Shown here one piece after another: positions 15,915 to 26,722 of a stretch of 60,169 nucleotides of DNA (positions are counted from its first letter, which is position 1; the number at the start of each line of letters is the position of its first letter). The notes beneath the pieces are model-generated. The model was given only the letters and a program-made list of their open reading frames with translations, searched no databases and had not been told where the DNA came from. The position numbers were made by a program, and so were the translations under genes. The stretch is taken from positions 1 to 60,169 of the forward strand of contig JAJZPH010000006.1 of the NCBI GenBank assembly GCA_021811265.1, read 5' to 3'. This stretch comes from a bacterium (GTDB lineage: Bacteria > Chlamydiota > Chlamydiia > Chlamydiales > SM23-39).

Positions 15915-18900
15915 TTATTTTTCCATTGGTGGTGGTTCGCTTTCCGTTGTGATTTTTTCTTCAGCCACTGGCTTTTCGATTTTTTCATCGGCGGTGGTAT
16001 ATTTCGTGTTTTTCAAGAGATCTTCTAAAGTTGCGGTAGTGTAAGAGACATTTTCTTTTTGCAGCAGCTTTCCTTTATAGAGAATTGCCAATCGTTTGTT
16101 GTTCTCATAGGAGAGGTTCGTGCGGCAAAAAGAGAGAAAATCCTTGTAGGAGAGCTTTTGCAGCGCTTCTATGCGCTTTTCTATCCAAGAAAAATCTTCT
16201 TGGTATTCAAAGGCAAGTTTGCTTTGTAGAAGCACCATTTCGATCAGGTTTTTGGGAGGTGTGGAAAGTTGGAGAGAGAGGTCTTGGGCAAGTGCAGAAA
16301 ATCTGTTTTCTGGAATGTAGTTTGCAATATTTTGTGCAAAATCTTCGATGAAGAACTCAAATCGGTGGATCAGATCTTCGACGTCATGGGAGCTCGATTG
16401 TACGGCAAAGTATAAAAAGAGCTGCCGTTCGACCTCTTCATCCCAGCACTTGGCAATGTAGGCCGTTTTCTGTTTGGAACGCAAAGCTGTAAAAAATGCC
16501 TCTTTTAAAACCGTAGAAAGAATTTGCTGGCAGCCTCTGGATGAGAAGGTAAAATCTCCAAGGCCGAGGGTCAAAATGGCGCCACTACCCAAAGCATCGG
16601 TGGTTTGGACAAGCTCTTGCGGTGGTAAATTTTGAGGAAATAAAAGAACCTGTTTTTTGAAATGTTGCGCAGAGAGATAGGGAGTTGCAGCAAGGGCATG
16701 GAGGATAAAATCCCAATTGGTTTCGGCATCGCTTCTTGTCATGTTTCCTGCAAAGAAGGCTTCGAGGTAAAGGCTTTCAGTGAGCTTTTTTTGGAAAGCC
16801 TGCAATTGTTCCAAGGTAAGCAGGGCAAGGGCTTTAGCCTTTTCTGCTGCAGGGATAGTAGAGGGGGAAAGGAGCGCCGCTTGCTGCTCTCTTGCCTGTA
16901 TTAAGGGAAGTTCGCTTGCTATATTGTCATAGCTTTTTTTCACCAAACGAGACGAACGGTCAAAATCATTTTGCGAAAAAGTGGTTTGTTTCATTGCTTG
17001 GAAAAACTCTTTGAGGAAAAGGGGAGCTTTTTCGCTGTAGCCGCTGAGAAGGATATCGATACTATGGTCAGAGTAATTCATGACAAGGTCGAGCCCTGCG
17101 CTTTTCGCAGTTGTGATCAAAGGGTCTAATTTGTCTTCCAGCATCGACAAAAAGAGCTCTGCCGACGCAGAAGAGACCGCTGTGGCATCCAGCAAGGGAC
17201 TTTGGATCCGAATGTTCCACGCAATAGTAGGTGTTTGATAGTAGTTCTGCTCGGAGAAAAAGAGCTTTCCCATTTCCGAATCGATGAGCCTGATAGGAGG
17301 TGCAATCTTGTTTGATTCTTGAGGAGAAGAGATAATGGCGAGATGGGTGGGAATAAAAGCATTGGGAGCAGGAAGCAGAATAGAGGGATTGGGCGTAGCT
17401 TTTTCCCATAGAGAAAGAGTTTCTTTTGCAATTGGGACGATGGAGTACTCTCCACCAAGCCAAGCCTCTGCTTTCTCCATAGGAACCTTTGTCAGTTTGG
17501 GATCTGCAGTGACATAGAATTGACATTCTTGTGGCGTGAGGGCATTTATGATGTGCGCAATGCGATCTGCGTCGTAATGAGAGGGAAAATAGCTTTTGAG
17601 GGGATAGGTGGCTAAATCTTCGTCTAAAAGTTCTGTCGCATGATTTTTCACCAGGGTAAAGGGATCTTCTCTTTGCTGGTATTGATAGTTGATTTCCCGC
17701 ATCCGCTTCATCTCATCGAACAGGTAGCGGGGAAGAGGAGCTGTTTTTAGATTGGCAATGGCTTGAAAGCTTGCACAGATGACTTTTTCTATCTCTTCTA
17801 CCCCTTTTTTTGTCAAATCAATTTCGATGGAAAAAAGGTGGTAAAGCGATCCAATTTCTTCACTCTGGGCGTTGAGGTTTTCTGCCAAATCTTCTTTTTT
17901 CAAGTATTCCAAAAGACCATGGGGATTGCCGGTAGTCAAAGCATAGGCAATGAGTTCGGCCGATTTGCTCTCATCGCGCATAGAGGTGAAGGGCAGTTCC
18001 CATTGGAGGGTCAGACGCTCTTTTTTTTGAATGGGAGAAATGTAGATAAAGTGTCCCTTTTGTTGCGCAGAAGAGAGAGGCTCTTTAGAGGAAAAGGGAG
18101 AAAGATTTCGATTGGAAATTTTTTGAAACTTTTCTGCCGCCACCTCTTCTAATTTTTCTAAAGGAAGAGAGGAGTAGAGAACCAGATTCATCAAATTGGC
18201 GCTGTAGTGGGTTTCTGCCCAGCGTTTCATCTCTTCTTGTGGAATGCCTCTGAGAGTTTGGGAGTTGCCGGTAGAAAAGAGGGCGTTGGGATGGAGGGGA
18301 TTTCCCGTTTCTTTAAAAATCTGATATTGTCTCCATTCGTCATTTTGGATGTTTTTTCCAAACTCCTGGTCTACTGCAAAGAGCTCTTTTTCAATTTGCG
18401 TTTGTCCGAAAAGTGGGTCGATAAAAAAATGGGAGAAACGATCCAGCGCTTCTAGGTACGAAGGATGATTGATTGAAAACATGTAGACGGTGCGGTCATT
18501 GGCTGTAAAAGCATTGGGATTTCCGCCGTGATCCCAGATAAAGCGCATGTAGCTGGCAGGATCGGGATAGGCGCTTGTTCCCTGAAAGAGCATGTGTTCG
18601 AGAAAGTGGGCCATGCCGGGATAGTTTTTCGGATCGCTCCACGATCCAATATGCACAGAGATTGCCGCGGCATCCTGACTGGCTTTGGGATCCGAAATGA
18701 GATAGACAGAAAGGCCGTTTTTTAGTTGTATCTTGGCTCTTTTTTGATCTTGTAAAGAGGGAGATAAAATGGAAAGGTGGGACTGATCTTCGATGGGCAT
18801 AAAATTGCGCTCTATTTTTTTTTCTTCGAGGACAATGGCGGACTCTTGTAATGGGGTGGTGGTGATTGGTAGGTCCTCTGCACAGCCAAGCGCACAGGCA

Positions 18901-18932
18901 CAAAGAGAGAAGAGAGAGAAAGAGAGTTTCAT
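15915..18932 (-). CDS. ptr: Insulinase family (M16) metalloprotease, pitrilysin-like, with signal peptide
   Basis: GMAHFLEHMLF (HxxEH), NAFT; start placed at MKLSFS. Confidence 0.9.
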   Translation of the reverse strand: MKLSFSLFSLCACALGCAEDLPITTTPLQESAIVLEEKKIERNFMPIEDQSHLSILSPSLQDQKRAKIQLKNGLSVYLISDPKASQDAAAISVHIGSWSDPKNYPGMAHFLEHMLFQGTSAYPDPASYMRFIWDHGGNPNAFTANDRTVYMFSINHPSYLEALDRFSHFFIDPLFGQTQIEKELFAVDQEFGKNIQNDEWRQYQIFKETGNPLHPNALFSTGNSQTLRGIPQEEMKRWAETHYSANLMNLVLYSSLPLEKLEEVAAEKFQKISNRNLSPFSSKEPLSSAQQKGHFIYISPIQKKERLTLQWELPFTSMRDESKSAELIAYALTTGNPHGLLEYLKKEDLAENLNAQSEEIGSLYHLFSIEIDLTKKGVEEIEKVICASFQAIANLKTAPLPRYLFDEMKRMREINYQYQQREDPFTLVKNHATELLDEDLATYPLKSYFPSHYDADRIAHIINALTPQECQFYVTADPKLTKVPMEKAEAWLGGEYSIVPIAKETLSLWEKATPNPSILLPAPNAFIPTHLAIISSPQESNKIAPPIRLIDSEMGKLFFSEQNYYQTPTIAWNIRIQSPLLDATAVSSASAELFLSMLEDKLDPLITTAKSAGLDLVMNYSDHSIDILLSGYSEKAPLFLKEFFQAMKQTTFSQNDFDRSSRLVKKSYDNIASELPLIQAREQQAALLSPSTIPAAEKAKALALLTLEQLQAFQKKLTESLYLEAFFAGNMTRSDAETNWDFILHALAATPYLSAQHFKKQVLLFPQNLPPQELVQTTDALGSGAILTLGLGDFTFSSRGCQQILSTVLKEAFFTALRSKQKTAYIAKCWDEEVERQLFLYFAVQSSSHDVEDLIHRFEFFIEDFAQNIANYIPENRFSALAQDLSLQLSTPPKNLIEMVLLQSKLAFEYQEDFSWIEKRIEALQKLSYKDFLSFCRTNLSYENNKRLAILYKGKLLQKENVSYTTATLEDLLKNTKYTTADEKIEKPVAEEKITTESEPPPMEK

Positions 18933-18948
18933 AAAAAACCTTTTTGTA

Positions 18949-19962
18949 TTATGGAAAGAGTTTTTGGTAATCTTTAAGAACAAGAGAATGAATATAGTCT
19001 GCACGATTTTTTCTGATAAGCTCTTTTTGCGGTGCGTCATTTCCCGGAAATGAGAGCATGTCGATTTCTTCTCCTACACACATGTGCACAGGCGCATAGT
19101 GGGCCAACCTTTTTTCTCCCATTTCTCTTTCTAGGGAGGGGGGAGGAGGTAAAATGTCATGAGTGCGAAGAGCTAGAGGATAGAAATGGGTCGTTCGTTT
19201 CGCTTTTTTTGCCATTAAATAAAACATCTCGATGCTATTGGGGTCCAAAAGAGCCACTTCGACAGTTCCCTGTTTGTTGGGACGGTCTCTGCCCCCGCTT
19301 GGAGCTACGTAAATGGCCTTTCCTCCATCGGAGAGAAGCACACTCATTGTTTCCATCGTATGTTTGTTGTGGAACTGCTTTTGGAGTTTGAGCTCGGGTG
19401 GGTGGTCGATGTGTTTTTTGGAATAGATGCATAAGAGGTTGCGTCCCATGCTGAGCGGGATTGCCAATGGGTCGATGAGTACGCGTTCTCCGGCGACAAA
19501 GATAATTTCTTCGGCAAGTTGTGGATATTTTTTTTCCAATAAAAGACTCATGAGTTGCGGGTCGGGCTCTACCTGGTGGTTGGCAAAAAAAATGACGTTT
19601 TCACCACGCTGCAAATAGTGGGAAATCTCATCTAAAGATTTTTCGCCGAGCAGAGTTGAGCGTTTGAAGTCGACAATGGGTCGAAAGAAGTCGAGGCCAA
19701 AGCGATAGTAATCAAAAGGAGTACGCACTGCTTTGTGGTAGGGCTCAAAAGTGAATGTGTGGGCAAATTGTTGGAGAATGAGCTGGGACAGAGTAAGAAA
19801 AAGAGGAGTATATACCTTCGCATCGGCTCCTGCTGCAGCCAAGGCATTTTTATAGGAGGAATAAAAATCACAAAGGATGCGATGAAATTTCGCTGTCAGC
19901 TTGTTTTCTTTAAGGGCCAAATCGAGAAGGTCAAAGATTTTTTTTTCTAAAATATGCGCCAT
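18949..19962 (-). CDS. plsB: Glycerol-3-phosphate acyltransferase (plastid/chlamydial type)
   Basis: NHQVEPDP, VAGERV..DPL, GRNLLCIYSKKH, APSGGRDRP. Confidence 0.92.
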   Translation of the reverse strand: MAHILEKKIFDLLDLALKENKLTAKFHRILCDFYSSYKNALAAAGADAKVYTPLFLTLSQLILQQFAHTFTFEPYHKAVRTPFDYYRFGLDFFRPIVDFKRSTLLGEKSLDEISHYLQRGENVIFFANHQVEPDPQLMSLLLEKKYPQLAEEIIFVAGERVLIDPLAIPLSMGRNLLCIYSKKHIDHPPELKLQKQFHNKHTMETMSVLLSDGGKAIYVAPSGGRDRPNKQGTVEVALLDPNSIEMFYLMAKKAKRTTHFYPLALRTHDILPPPPSLEREMGEKRLAHYAPVHMCVGEEIDMLSFPGNDAPQKELIRKNRADYIHSLVLKDYQKLFP

Positions 19963-19968
19963 TTTTTG

Positions 19969-21498
19969 TTATACCAACTGTTTGTAGGAGAGGGTAAAAT
20001 CGTTTAGGTGAAGAGAATCATTGCCTTCAAATTCGAGAGAGGAGTGGTTTTTTTTCATCAGCTTTTGGAGGTAGTCGTGATCTTCGATTTGCAGATAGCG
20101 GCGCATCTCGGGGTGAAGAGCAATTTTCACTTCCAAACGCTCCTGCATATGAAGTAGTTTTTTCAAAGACCTCTCAATTTCGATTGAAATGCTCTCTGAG
20201 CTTTTGATTAGGCCAAGGCCTGTGCAATAAGGACAGGGAGTGCAGATGGTTTGCATGAGAGATTCTCGGTTCCTTTGCCTTGTCATTTCGACCAGTCCAA
20301 ATTCGCTCATTCCCAAGATCGTGCATTTGGCGGAATCTTCTTTCATGAACTCGCGCAGACGTTCGAGGACACGTTTTTGATTTTTTCGATAGCGCATATC
20401 GATAAAGTCGCAGATGACGAGCCCTCCAATGTTGCGTAGACGCAACTGGCGTGCAATTTCTTCTGCAGCTTCCATGTTGATGCGCACCAGAGACTCTTCC
20501 ACGTTGCCGGCTGTGGAAGAAGAGCTGCTTTTCCCAGAGTTAACGTCAATGGTATGCATAGCTTCTGTTTTGTCAAAAAATAGATAACCTCCGCTGGGAA
20601 GCCAAATTTTTCTTTTCAAGGACTTTTCGATTTCTCTTTCGACGTTAAAACGTTCAAATATGGGAGTTTTATCTCGGTAAAACTCAATCGATAAAGGATG
20701 CTCCTGTTCATATTTTCGATAGATGCGCTTACAGCGCTGGAAGGTGGCATAATCATCGACAAGAAGACGCTCATATTTTTTATCTACTGCGGTAACCACT
20801 GCTCGTTTGATCAAATCCGATTCTTCATAGAGACAGACAGGACCTGTAGACTTGTGAAATTTTTCCACTACCGTTTGCCAGGTGTTCAAAAGATCGGTAG
20901 CTTCTGCGATAAGCATCTCGGGCGTTGCATGCAGGCTCGATGTGCGGCAGATCAGGCCCATATCTCCTGGCATTTCAAAGGAGCGAATCATTTTTTTTAA
21001 ACGCTCTCTGCTCGTGCGATCTTCAATTTTTCTGGAGACTCCTCGGTGGGGGGTATTGGGCAGAAAGACAAGATAGCGGCCGGCAATGGAAATATTGGAA
21101 GTAAGCCTTGCTCCCTTCGTGCCGATGGGTTCTTTGATCACCTGCACTAGGACGGGCTGGTTGGGTCGTAGAATCTTATTGATATCTCCGTTCTCTGTTT
21201 GGTTTTGCTGCTTTTTTTCCTTTTGAGAGTCGAGATCGAAATCCATATCAAACATTTCTTCGAACTTTCTTGTGTTTTCCAAGATGTCACTGATGTGGAT
21301 AAACCCATTTTCTTCTTCATTAATGTCGATAAACGCAGACTGAATATTGTGGAGGATATTGGTGACTTTGCCGCGGTAGATGTTTCCCGTGATTTGCCGA
21401 GATTTTTTTCTTTCGACGACCAGATCTTCCAACTTTCCGTGTTTCAGATAGGCAAAGCGAACTTCTTTTGACTCAATATTTAAAAGAATTTCTTGCAT
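19969..21498 (-). CDS. cafA: Ribonuclease E/G family protein
   Basis: S1 domain GNIYRGKV, KEPIGTKGARLT, IDVNSG, RQLRLRNIGGL...DFIDM. Confidence 0.95.
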   Translation of the reverse strand: MQEILLNIESKEVRFAYLKHGKLEDLVVERKKSRQITGNIYRGKVTNILHNIQSAFIDINEEENGFIHISDILENTRKFEEMFDMDFDLDSQKEKKQQNQTENGDINKILRPNQPVLVQVIKEPIGTKGARLTSNISIAGRYLVFLPNTPHRGVSRKIEDRTSRERLKKMIRSFEMPGDMGLICRTSSLHATPEMLIAEATDLLNTWQTVVEKFHKSTGPVCLYEESDLIKRAVVTAVDKKYERLLVDDYATFQRCKRIYRKYEQEHPLSIEFYRDKTPIFERFNVEREIEKSLKRKIWLPSGGYLFFDKTEAMHTIDVNSGKSSSSSTAGNVEESLVRINMEAAEEIARQLRLRNIGGLVICDFIDMRYRKNQKRVLERLREFMKEDSAKCTILGMSEFGLVEMTRQRNRESLMQTICTPCPYCTGLGLIKSSESISIEIERSLKKLLHMQERLEVKIALHPEMRRYLQIEDHDYLQKLMKKNHSSLEFEGNDSLHLNDFTLSYKQLV

Positions 21499-21598
21499 AG
21501 AAGACCATTTAAGATTTTAAAACTGTGATATACTTGTTAGGTCTTTATCATAACAGATTTAAAATCATTTTCCAGGGAAAAAACCCAATTCGGTAGAT

Positions 21599-22585
21599 TT
21601 ATAAAAATTTTCTTAAAAAAGTAGGGAAATCTTTTGAGCTCCAACCTACGGCCATGGCAACTGCTGAAAGAAATGCTTGTGGAGAGGAGTAGCTGTGGCA
21701 CTTGATGACACACCCCTCAACTCCTAACAAGAAAGCTCCTCCATATTCAGCATAGGAGAGCAGTTTTTGCATTTCGCGAAAGAGAGGAGTTTTTTTTAGA
21801 AAATCGAGAACAAAGGAAGAAAAACCTTCTGCGGTTTTTAAAAGCACGTTGCCAGTAAAGCCATTGGTTACAAGAACATCCACATTTCCTTCAAAAATAT
21901 CTTTTGCCTCGATGTTTCCTTCGAAGAGAAATTTTTTTTCTTTGGCAGTTTTTTGAATTTCGCCAAATGCGAGCTGGATCTCTTTCGTTCCCTTTTTTGC
22001 TTCGGATCCAATATTCAAAAGGCCCACTTTGGGCCGGTCGATGTTTTGAAATTTTTGTAGAGCTACTCCCATCAATGCAAACTCTTTTAGTTCGTGGGCG
22101 CGCGCTACGATGTTGGCTCCTGTGTCAATCAGTGCAAGAAGATTCTTTTTTGTGGGAAGAAAAGCTAAAAGCGCGGGCCGATGGATTTTCCGCATCGGTA
22201 TTTCTATGCTTGCCGAAGCAACAAGGGCTCCCGTGTTTCCGAAAGAGACGAGAGAGTCTATCTTTTTTTCTTTGAGAAGGCGCATGCCTACGGCAATGGA
22301 AGACCCTTTCTTTTTACGGATAGCAAAAAGAGGATTTTCTTCGAGCAGAATGGCTTCTTTTACGGGAAAAAATGTAAAAGAAGAGTTGGCGCCTACCTTC
22401 TTTGTATAAGAGCGGCACATCTCTTCCGTTGCCAAAATAAGAAAGGAACATTCTTCTTGCTTTAGCTTTTCCCATGCGACAAGAGCATCAAAGAGCGGCT
22501 CTGGGGAATTTTCTCCTCCTAAAAGATCGATTCCGATCTTAGGATTTTTTGGGTTCTTCCGAGGGGAAGTAAGATCTGTTTGCAT
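21599..22585 (-). CDS. plsX: Phosphate acyltransferase PlsX
   Basis: IGIDLLGG, VSFGNTGAL, RPAL, DTGAN, GLLNIGSEAKKG, GFTGNVLLKTAEG; start overlaps rpmF 3' end. Confidence 0.93.
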   Translation of the reverse strand: MQTDLTSPRKNPKNPKIGIDLLGGENSPEPLFDALVAWEKLKQEECSFLILATEEMCRSYTKKVGANSSFTFFPVKEAILLEENPLFAIRKKKGSSIAVGMRLLKEKKIDSLVSFGNTGALVASASIEIPMRKIHRPALLAFLPTKKNLLALIDTGANIVARAHELKEFALMGVALQKFQNIDRPKVGLLNIGSEAKKGTKEIQLAFGEIQKTAKEKKFLFEGNIEAKDIFEGNVDVLVTNGFTGNVLLKTAEGFSSFVLDFLKKTPLFREMQKLLSYAEYGGAFLLGVEGCVIKCHSYSSPQAFLSAVAMAVGWSSKDFPTFLRKFL

Positions 22586-22730
22586 AATATCCACATGAGG
22601 GGCAGATACGATGGGGAAGGATAGTATTTTTGCAATTGGAACAGGTTGCCGTTGTTTTGGGCTTTTTGGCCATATGCGAACGCTTGGAATTTTTTCTCGC
22701 ATTCGAGTGGCGGTTACGTGGGACTGCCAT
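22539..22730 (-). CDS. rpmF: 50S ribosomal protein L32
   Basis: MAVPRNRHS..RK..RSH, CxxC...PHR.CP.CGYY. Confidence 0.97.
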   Translation of the reverse strand: MAVPRNRHSNARKNSKRSHMAKKPKTTATCSNCKNTILPHRICPSCGYYANRSYFPSEEPKKS

Positions 22731-22748
22731 TGTTTTCTCCTTAAAAAA

Positions 22749-23204
22749 TTACTTTAACTGTTCGAAAGGAAAATATTTAGGATTTTTCTTTTCCGCTCTT
22801 TTGTTGCAATAGCATTCCATATTTTTTCTTTCCGGGCAAGAGCCTTGGCATTCTGCGAACTGCGGAACTTCTAAAAGAATGGCTTCGCGTACCATCTCTG
22901 TTGCATCAAAAGTGTTATCTTTGATTTCTGCAACTTCCTTACTCAGTTGTACATTGTTTAAGACAATGGGACAAGAAGTCCACTCGTTGCAGATGGAGCA
23001 GGGCAAAAGAGCTGTGCATTGGGCGTTGATTTCCAGCAAGATATGATCACAAGCGCGCCTGGCTTTTCCTTGAATGGATATTATTTCTAAAAATTTAAGT
23101 TCCTTTTCGTGGATGTCCAAAAAATCTGAGGAAAAAATTGCATGGATATCTACTTCATTTCCTTCTGTAAAAAGGCTAAGAGAAATTTTTAATTCATCTG
23201 CCAT
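22749..23204 (-). CDS. YceD/DUF177 family protein
   Basis: PCSIC and C-terminal Cys pair, REAILLEVP, PFEQL; upstream of rpmF. Confidence 0.85.
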   Translation of the reverse strand: MADELKISLSLFTEGNEVDIHAIFSSDFLDIHEKELKFLEIISIQGKARRACDHILLEINAQCTALLPCSICNEWTSCPIVLNNVQLSKEVAEIKDNTFDATEMVREAILLEVPQFAECQGSCPERKNMECYCNKRAEKKNPKYFPFEQLK

Positions 23205-23377
23205 GGCATACTCGTTGTGAAAATAGAACCAATGTACAAAAAAAGCACATAAAAAGCTACCGCGTACGCATTCCCAGTTTGCAGACTTTCTTTCTCGAGG
23301 AGAAATAGTCTAATAAAAACTTGAGTTTTTATTGGAAAGCTTTTACCATTTTTTCTTGTTTTCCCAAAGGAGATTTT

Positions 23378-23698
23378 ATGTTTATTGTAGGTGTCATAAC
23401 TTTAAGTTTGCCCATGGTTGGCCCTCTGGTAGACCTAGGAGTAACGCAGCGAATAACTCGTAGAGAACTCGCTGAAGCACGACAAGATCAATTGGAAGAG
23501 TTGAAGAGTGCAAATATGGTTTTTCTCAGGTGTGATACCGTAGCTCTTACCGTGACTGTTGCTACGATGTGTTTTGGCTTATTAGGAACAACTTTAGGAG
23601 GGATTGCTATAGGATGGAGCGTTGTTGCCCTACTTGGAAGAGCCTGGCTTTGGAATTCTATAGCTACAAAAGTTCTGCAAGAAGAATCAGCTGATTGA
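23378..23698 (+). CDS. Small hydrophobic hypothetical protein
   Basis: AGGAG then ATG 23378; long hydrophobic hairpin-like segment. Confidence 0.6.
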   Translation: MFIVGVITLSLPMVGPLVDLGVTQRITRRELAEARQDQLEELKSANMVFLRCDTVALTVTVATMCFGLLGTTLGGIAIGWSVVALLGRAWLWNSIATKVLQEESAD

Positions 23699-23719
23699 AA
23701 TTCACGAGGACTAAAAAAT

Positions 23720-26700
23720 ATGTCACAAATGATTATCCCTTACTCTTCCTCGCAAAAAAAAGACTCATCGAGCTTTCTTTTGCGTATTTCTTTATCTCTA
23801 TCTCCTTCTTTGGTGGCCGACTTGGCCCTTCCTGTTTTTATTTCTCTTCGCCAAGTCTGGTCTCCTTGCCGCCTGTTTCTTTCTTCGGAGAGCCTTGGCT
23901 CTCCAAGCAAGCTGTCTTATTCCGTTCGTATAGAAAATTTGGAAGACGCGAACATACTGGAAAGTCTGGTTAGTGTCATCCAAAGGCAGCAAATACATGC
24001 TCTTCCTCCAAAAACTGTTGTTCAAATCGTTAGCCATTATGCAGATGCTTTAAGAATACAAAAAGGTTGTATCAGCCAAAAAACCATCGATGAACAAGAA
24101 ATTTTTCCTTGGAGAATGCTCAGTTTTTTTCATCAATGCGTTCAAGAAAACAGCCATAATCCGTTTATTCTATATTTAGAAGAAAAACTCTGCGAAGCGT
24201 TGCTCCAAGACCTTCCTTTGCTTCAAGAGTTAACTGACTTCGAGAATGTTGTTCACAAAATACCCGCCTTTTCTCTTCATTACTATCGAACCTGCATTCG
24301 AGAATATTGGGAACGATTTCTATGCCCTTCGGTATCAGGCGATCCCGATCATGTACTTCCGTTTCTGCGTTGTGAATGGGAGGAACAAATTACCAAAATC
24401 GAAGAGAGAAAAAATCTTTCCTATCCGAAAAAAATCCAAGCCGCAAAGCAAATTTGGGAAAAATTAGCAAGCCACGAGCCCTTAAAAAGAGAGGTGTTGG
24501 CTACAGAGAGTGTTCAACTCATCGACCAACAGCTTCAACGGCTTCGACAAACACAGCAAAGGCAAGAAGAAAAAATAAAACGCCTTATGGCCAAAGGGGC
24601 CACGCGGCATATTGCCAAAGCCATAGAAATTTTTTATGAGAAAAAGAACTTAGAGGTCGCCATTGATTGTGTTCACCGGTTGCTTGAAAGAAAGGAACCT
24701 CTTCCCGCCCGGGCTTTAGCCCAACTCTTTGTTCTCTTGGGAGAGGCTGTCTCTCTGATCTTTCCGGATGCTCAACTCAATTTGAGCTCTCGCAAAAACG
24801 TGACGCTCACTAGAAAAGCCTTAAAAACTATTAGAGATTGCCTAGAACATCCAGAGGACTATTTTCTAAAAACTTCTTCGGGAAAACGGGGAATACCAGA
24901 AGAGAGAATGAGCTGCTTGGCTGAAGCAATCCCGCAGTTACTCCGGCTTATGGAGCAACGGCTGCAGAGAATCAATCAACTCATAAAAGAGCACCCAGAG
25001 AAATGTCCTGAGGGTCTTTTGGAGACCTTGATCTCCCGTCCTTGCTCTTCTTCCCAACCAACAAATTTTCGTTTGGAGTCCCTCCAAGCAGAGCAAAAAA
25101 GGAGTTTTTTGGAAGAATACTTCCCTCAATTATGGAAGCTTTACCAAGAAATCACTCTTCACAAAACCTCCTCTTCTGCTCAATCAGTTCTAACACATCT
25201 TTTGTCTTCTTTGGAAAGCATCAGAAGAGAAGTAGACCCTTTCTCTCGAGAACAATTGTCAATCCGCTTACAGCAAGATCCTATTTTTCGCCTCGCTCTT
25301 CAAAGGCAGGTCAGTCAAAGTTATCGACTTTTAGAGCAATTGCTGGAAGAGGCTGAGCATTTACCCTCTTCTTTTGGCCTCGAAATGGTGGAGATAGATT
25401 TTGCGTCACTGAAAGAGGCAAGGAACTTTCAAACGCATGATTTGTGGCGCAAGAATGAAAAAAAACTCATTAATATTCTCTATCTTTTAAGTTATAAACT
25501 TCCGCTCTCTATTCGGGGCCTAGTTTCTCCGGCAGGACATTTTGGTGAAGATACGAAAGAAGTGCAGTTAATGTCGGCCACAGCCATAGGCTCTCTGACC
25601 AAAGAACAACTCCTCTTCGCCCTGGACCAGCAACATATCTCTATTGATGCTCAAGACTACAAACAACGAACCCTTCTTCATTTTCTGGCAGACCACCCCA
25701 GTCCTTTTCATCTCGAAATGGCCAGGGTACTTCTCGAACGAGGAGCTAACCCCCATTTAACCGACTATGAACATTGCGCGCCCTTGCATTATATCTGCCA
25801 ATCCGGGTTCGAGGATCTATTGCCTTTTTTACTAGAAAAAAAAGTAGTAGTGGATAGCCCATCTAGGTATGGAACGCCTTTAGAAATAGCACAAGAACGT
25901 GGCGATCAACATCTTGTAGATGCATTGCAGGCTTTACAAAGCGAACAGAGAGAGGAAAACGCATTTGCTTTACTTCGCGCGGTGCGAAACTTTCATGTAG
26001 AAGAAGTACAGGAGCTTTTAGAGAAGGGAGCACAACCTTGGATTGATTTCCAAGGCAAGCTACCTCTGGTCTCTCTCTTTGCTGTAGAAGACCGAGACCC
26101 TCTTCTCCAAAGAAACATAGCAGAATTATTAGTGCGCCACGGTGCTGATATCAACCAACAAGAGCCCCTTTCTGGAAAAACTTGCCTTCATCAGGCCGCC
26201 ACTACTGTTGTAGACCGAGAACTTATCCAATTTCTGCTCGGGTTACAACCCCTGGTAAATATACAGAATACAGCTGGAGAAACTCCTCTTCATAGTGCAG
26301 TCCTCTGTCGACAAGTCCATTGGGTTCAGGAGCTTCTCTATTTGGGCGCTTCGCCCAATATCTGCGATTGTATGGGGTATTCTCCCTTTCTTCGGTGCTG
26401 TGGAAGTTACTCTAGAACAGATGAAATTCTAAAGTTATTATTGCAGCACGGAGCCAATCCTAATGCGCACCTTTTCTTCGGAAGCGCTCTTCATCTCCTT
26501 GTTGAGAAGAACCGACCAGAAGCAGTTTATCTTTTGCTGCAAAAAGGAGCTTCTCCTCTTGCTTGTGACAGAGAAGGTCGCTTTCCCCATGAAGTTAGTT
26601 CTCATTTTTTCACTCGCAACATTATTTGGGAACAAGCTCAATACATTCTTCGCCATCTGCTTCCTCAAGAGCGCTCTTTAGTAAAAAAACTGTTCGAAAG

Positions 26701-26722
26701 ATCGGTTTATTTTTTAAAGTAA
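23720..26722 (+). CDS. Large ankyrin-repeat protein
   Basis: C-terminal repeats: RTLLH..LLERGANP, APLH, GTPLE.A, LVRHGADIN, GKTCLH.A, GETPLH.A, LLQHGANPN, GSALH. Confidence 0.9.
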   Translation: MSQMIIPYSSSQKKDSSSFLLRISLSLSPSLVADLALPVFISLRQVWSPCRLFLSSESLGSPSKLSYSVRIENLEDANILESLVSVIQRQQIHALPPKTVVQIVSHYADALRIQKGCISQKTIDEQEIFPWRMLSFFHQCVQENSHNPFILYLEEKLCEALLQDLPLLQELTDFENVVHKIPAFSLHYYRTCIREYWERFLCPSVSGDPDHVLPFLRCEWEEQITKIEERKNLSYPKKIQAAKQIWEKLASHEPLKREVLATESVQLIDQQLQRLRQTQQRQEEKIKRLMAKGATRHIAKAIEIFYEKKNLEVAIDCVHRLLERKEPLPARALAQLFVLLGEAVSLIFPDAQLNLSSRKNVTLTRKALKTIRDCLEHPEDYFLKTSSGKRGIPEERMSCLAEAIPQLLRLMEQRLQRINQLIKEHPEKCPEGLLETLISRPCSSSQPTNFRLESLQAEQKRSFLEEYFPQLWKLYQEITLHKTSSSAQSVLTHLLSSLESIRREVDPFSREQLSIRLQQDPIFRLALQRQVSQSYRLLEQLLEEAEHLPSSFGLEMVEIDFASLKEARNFQTHDLWRKNEKKLINILYLLSYKLPLSIRGLVSPAGHFGEDTKEVQLMSATAIGSLTKEQLLFALDQQHISIDAQDYKQRTLLHFLADHPSPFHLEMARVLLERGANPHLTDYEHCAPLHYICQSGFEDLLPFLLEKKVVVDSPSRYGTPLEIAQERGDQHLVDALQALQSEQREENAFALLRAVRNFHVEEVQELLEKGAQPWIDFQGKLPLVSLFAVEDRDPLLQRNIAELLVRHGADINQQEPLSGKTCLHQAATTVVDRELIQFLLGLQPLVNIQNTAGETPLHSAVLCRQVHWVQELLYLGASPNICDCMGYSPFLRCCGSYSRTDEILKLLLQHGANPNAHLFFGSALHLLVEKNRPEAVYLLLQKGASPLACDREGRFPHEVSSHFFTRNIIWEQAQYILRHLLPQERSLVKKLFERSVYFLK

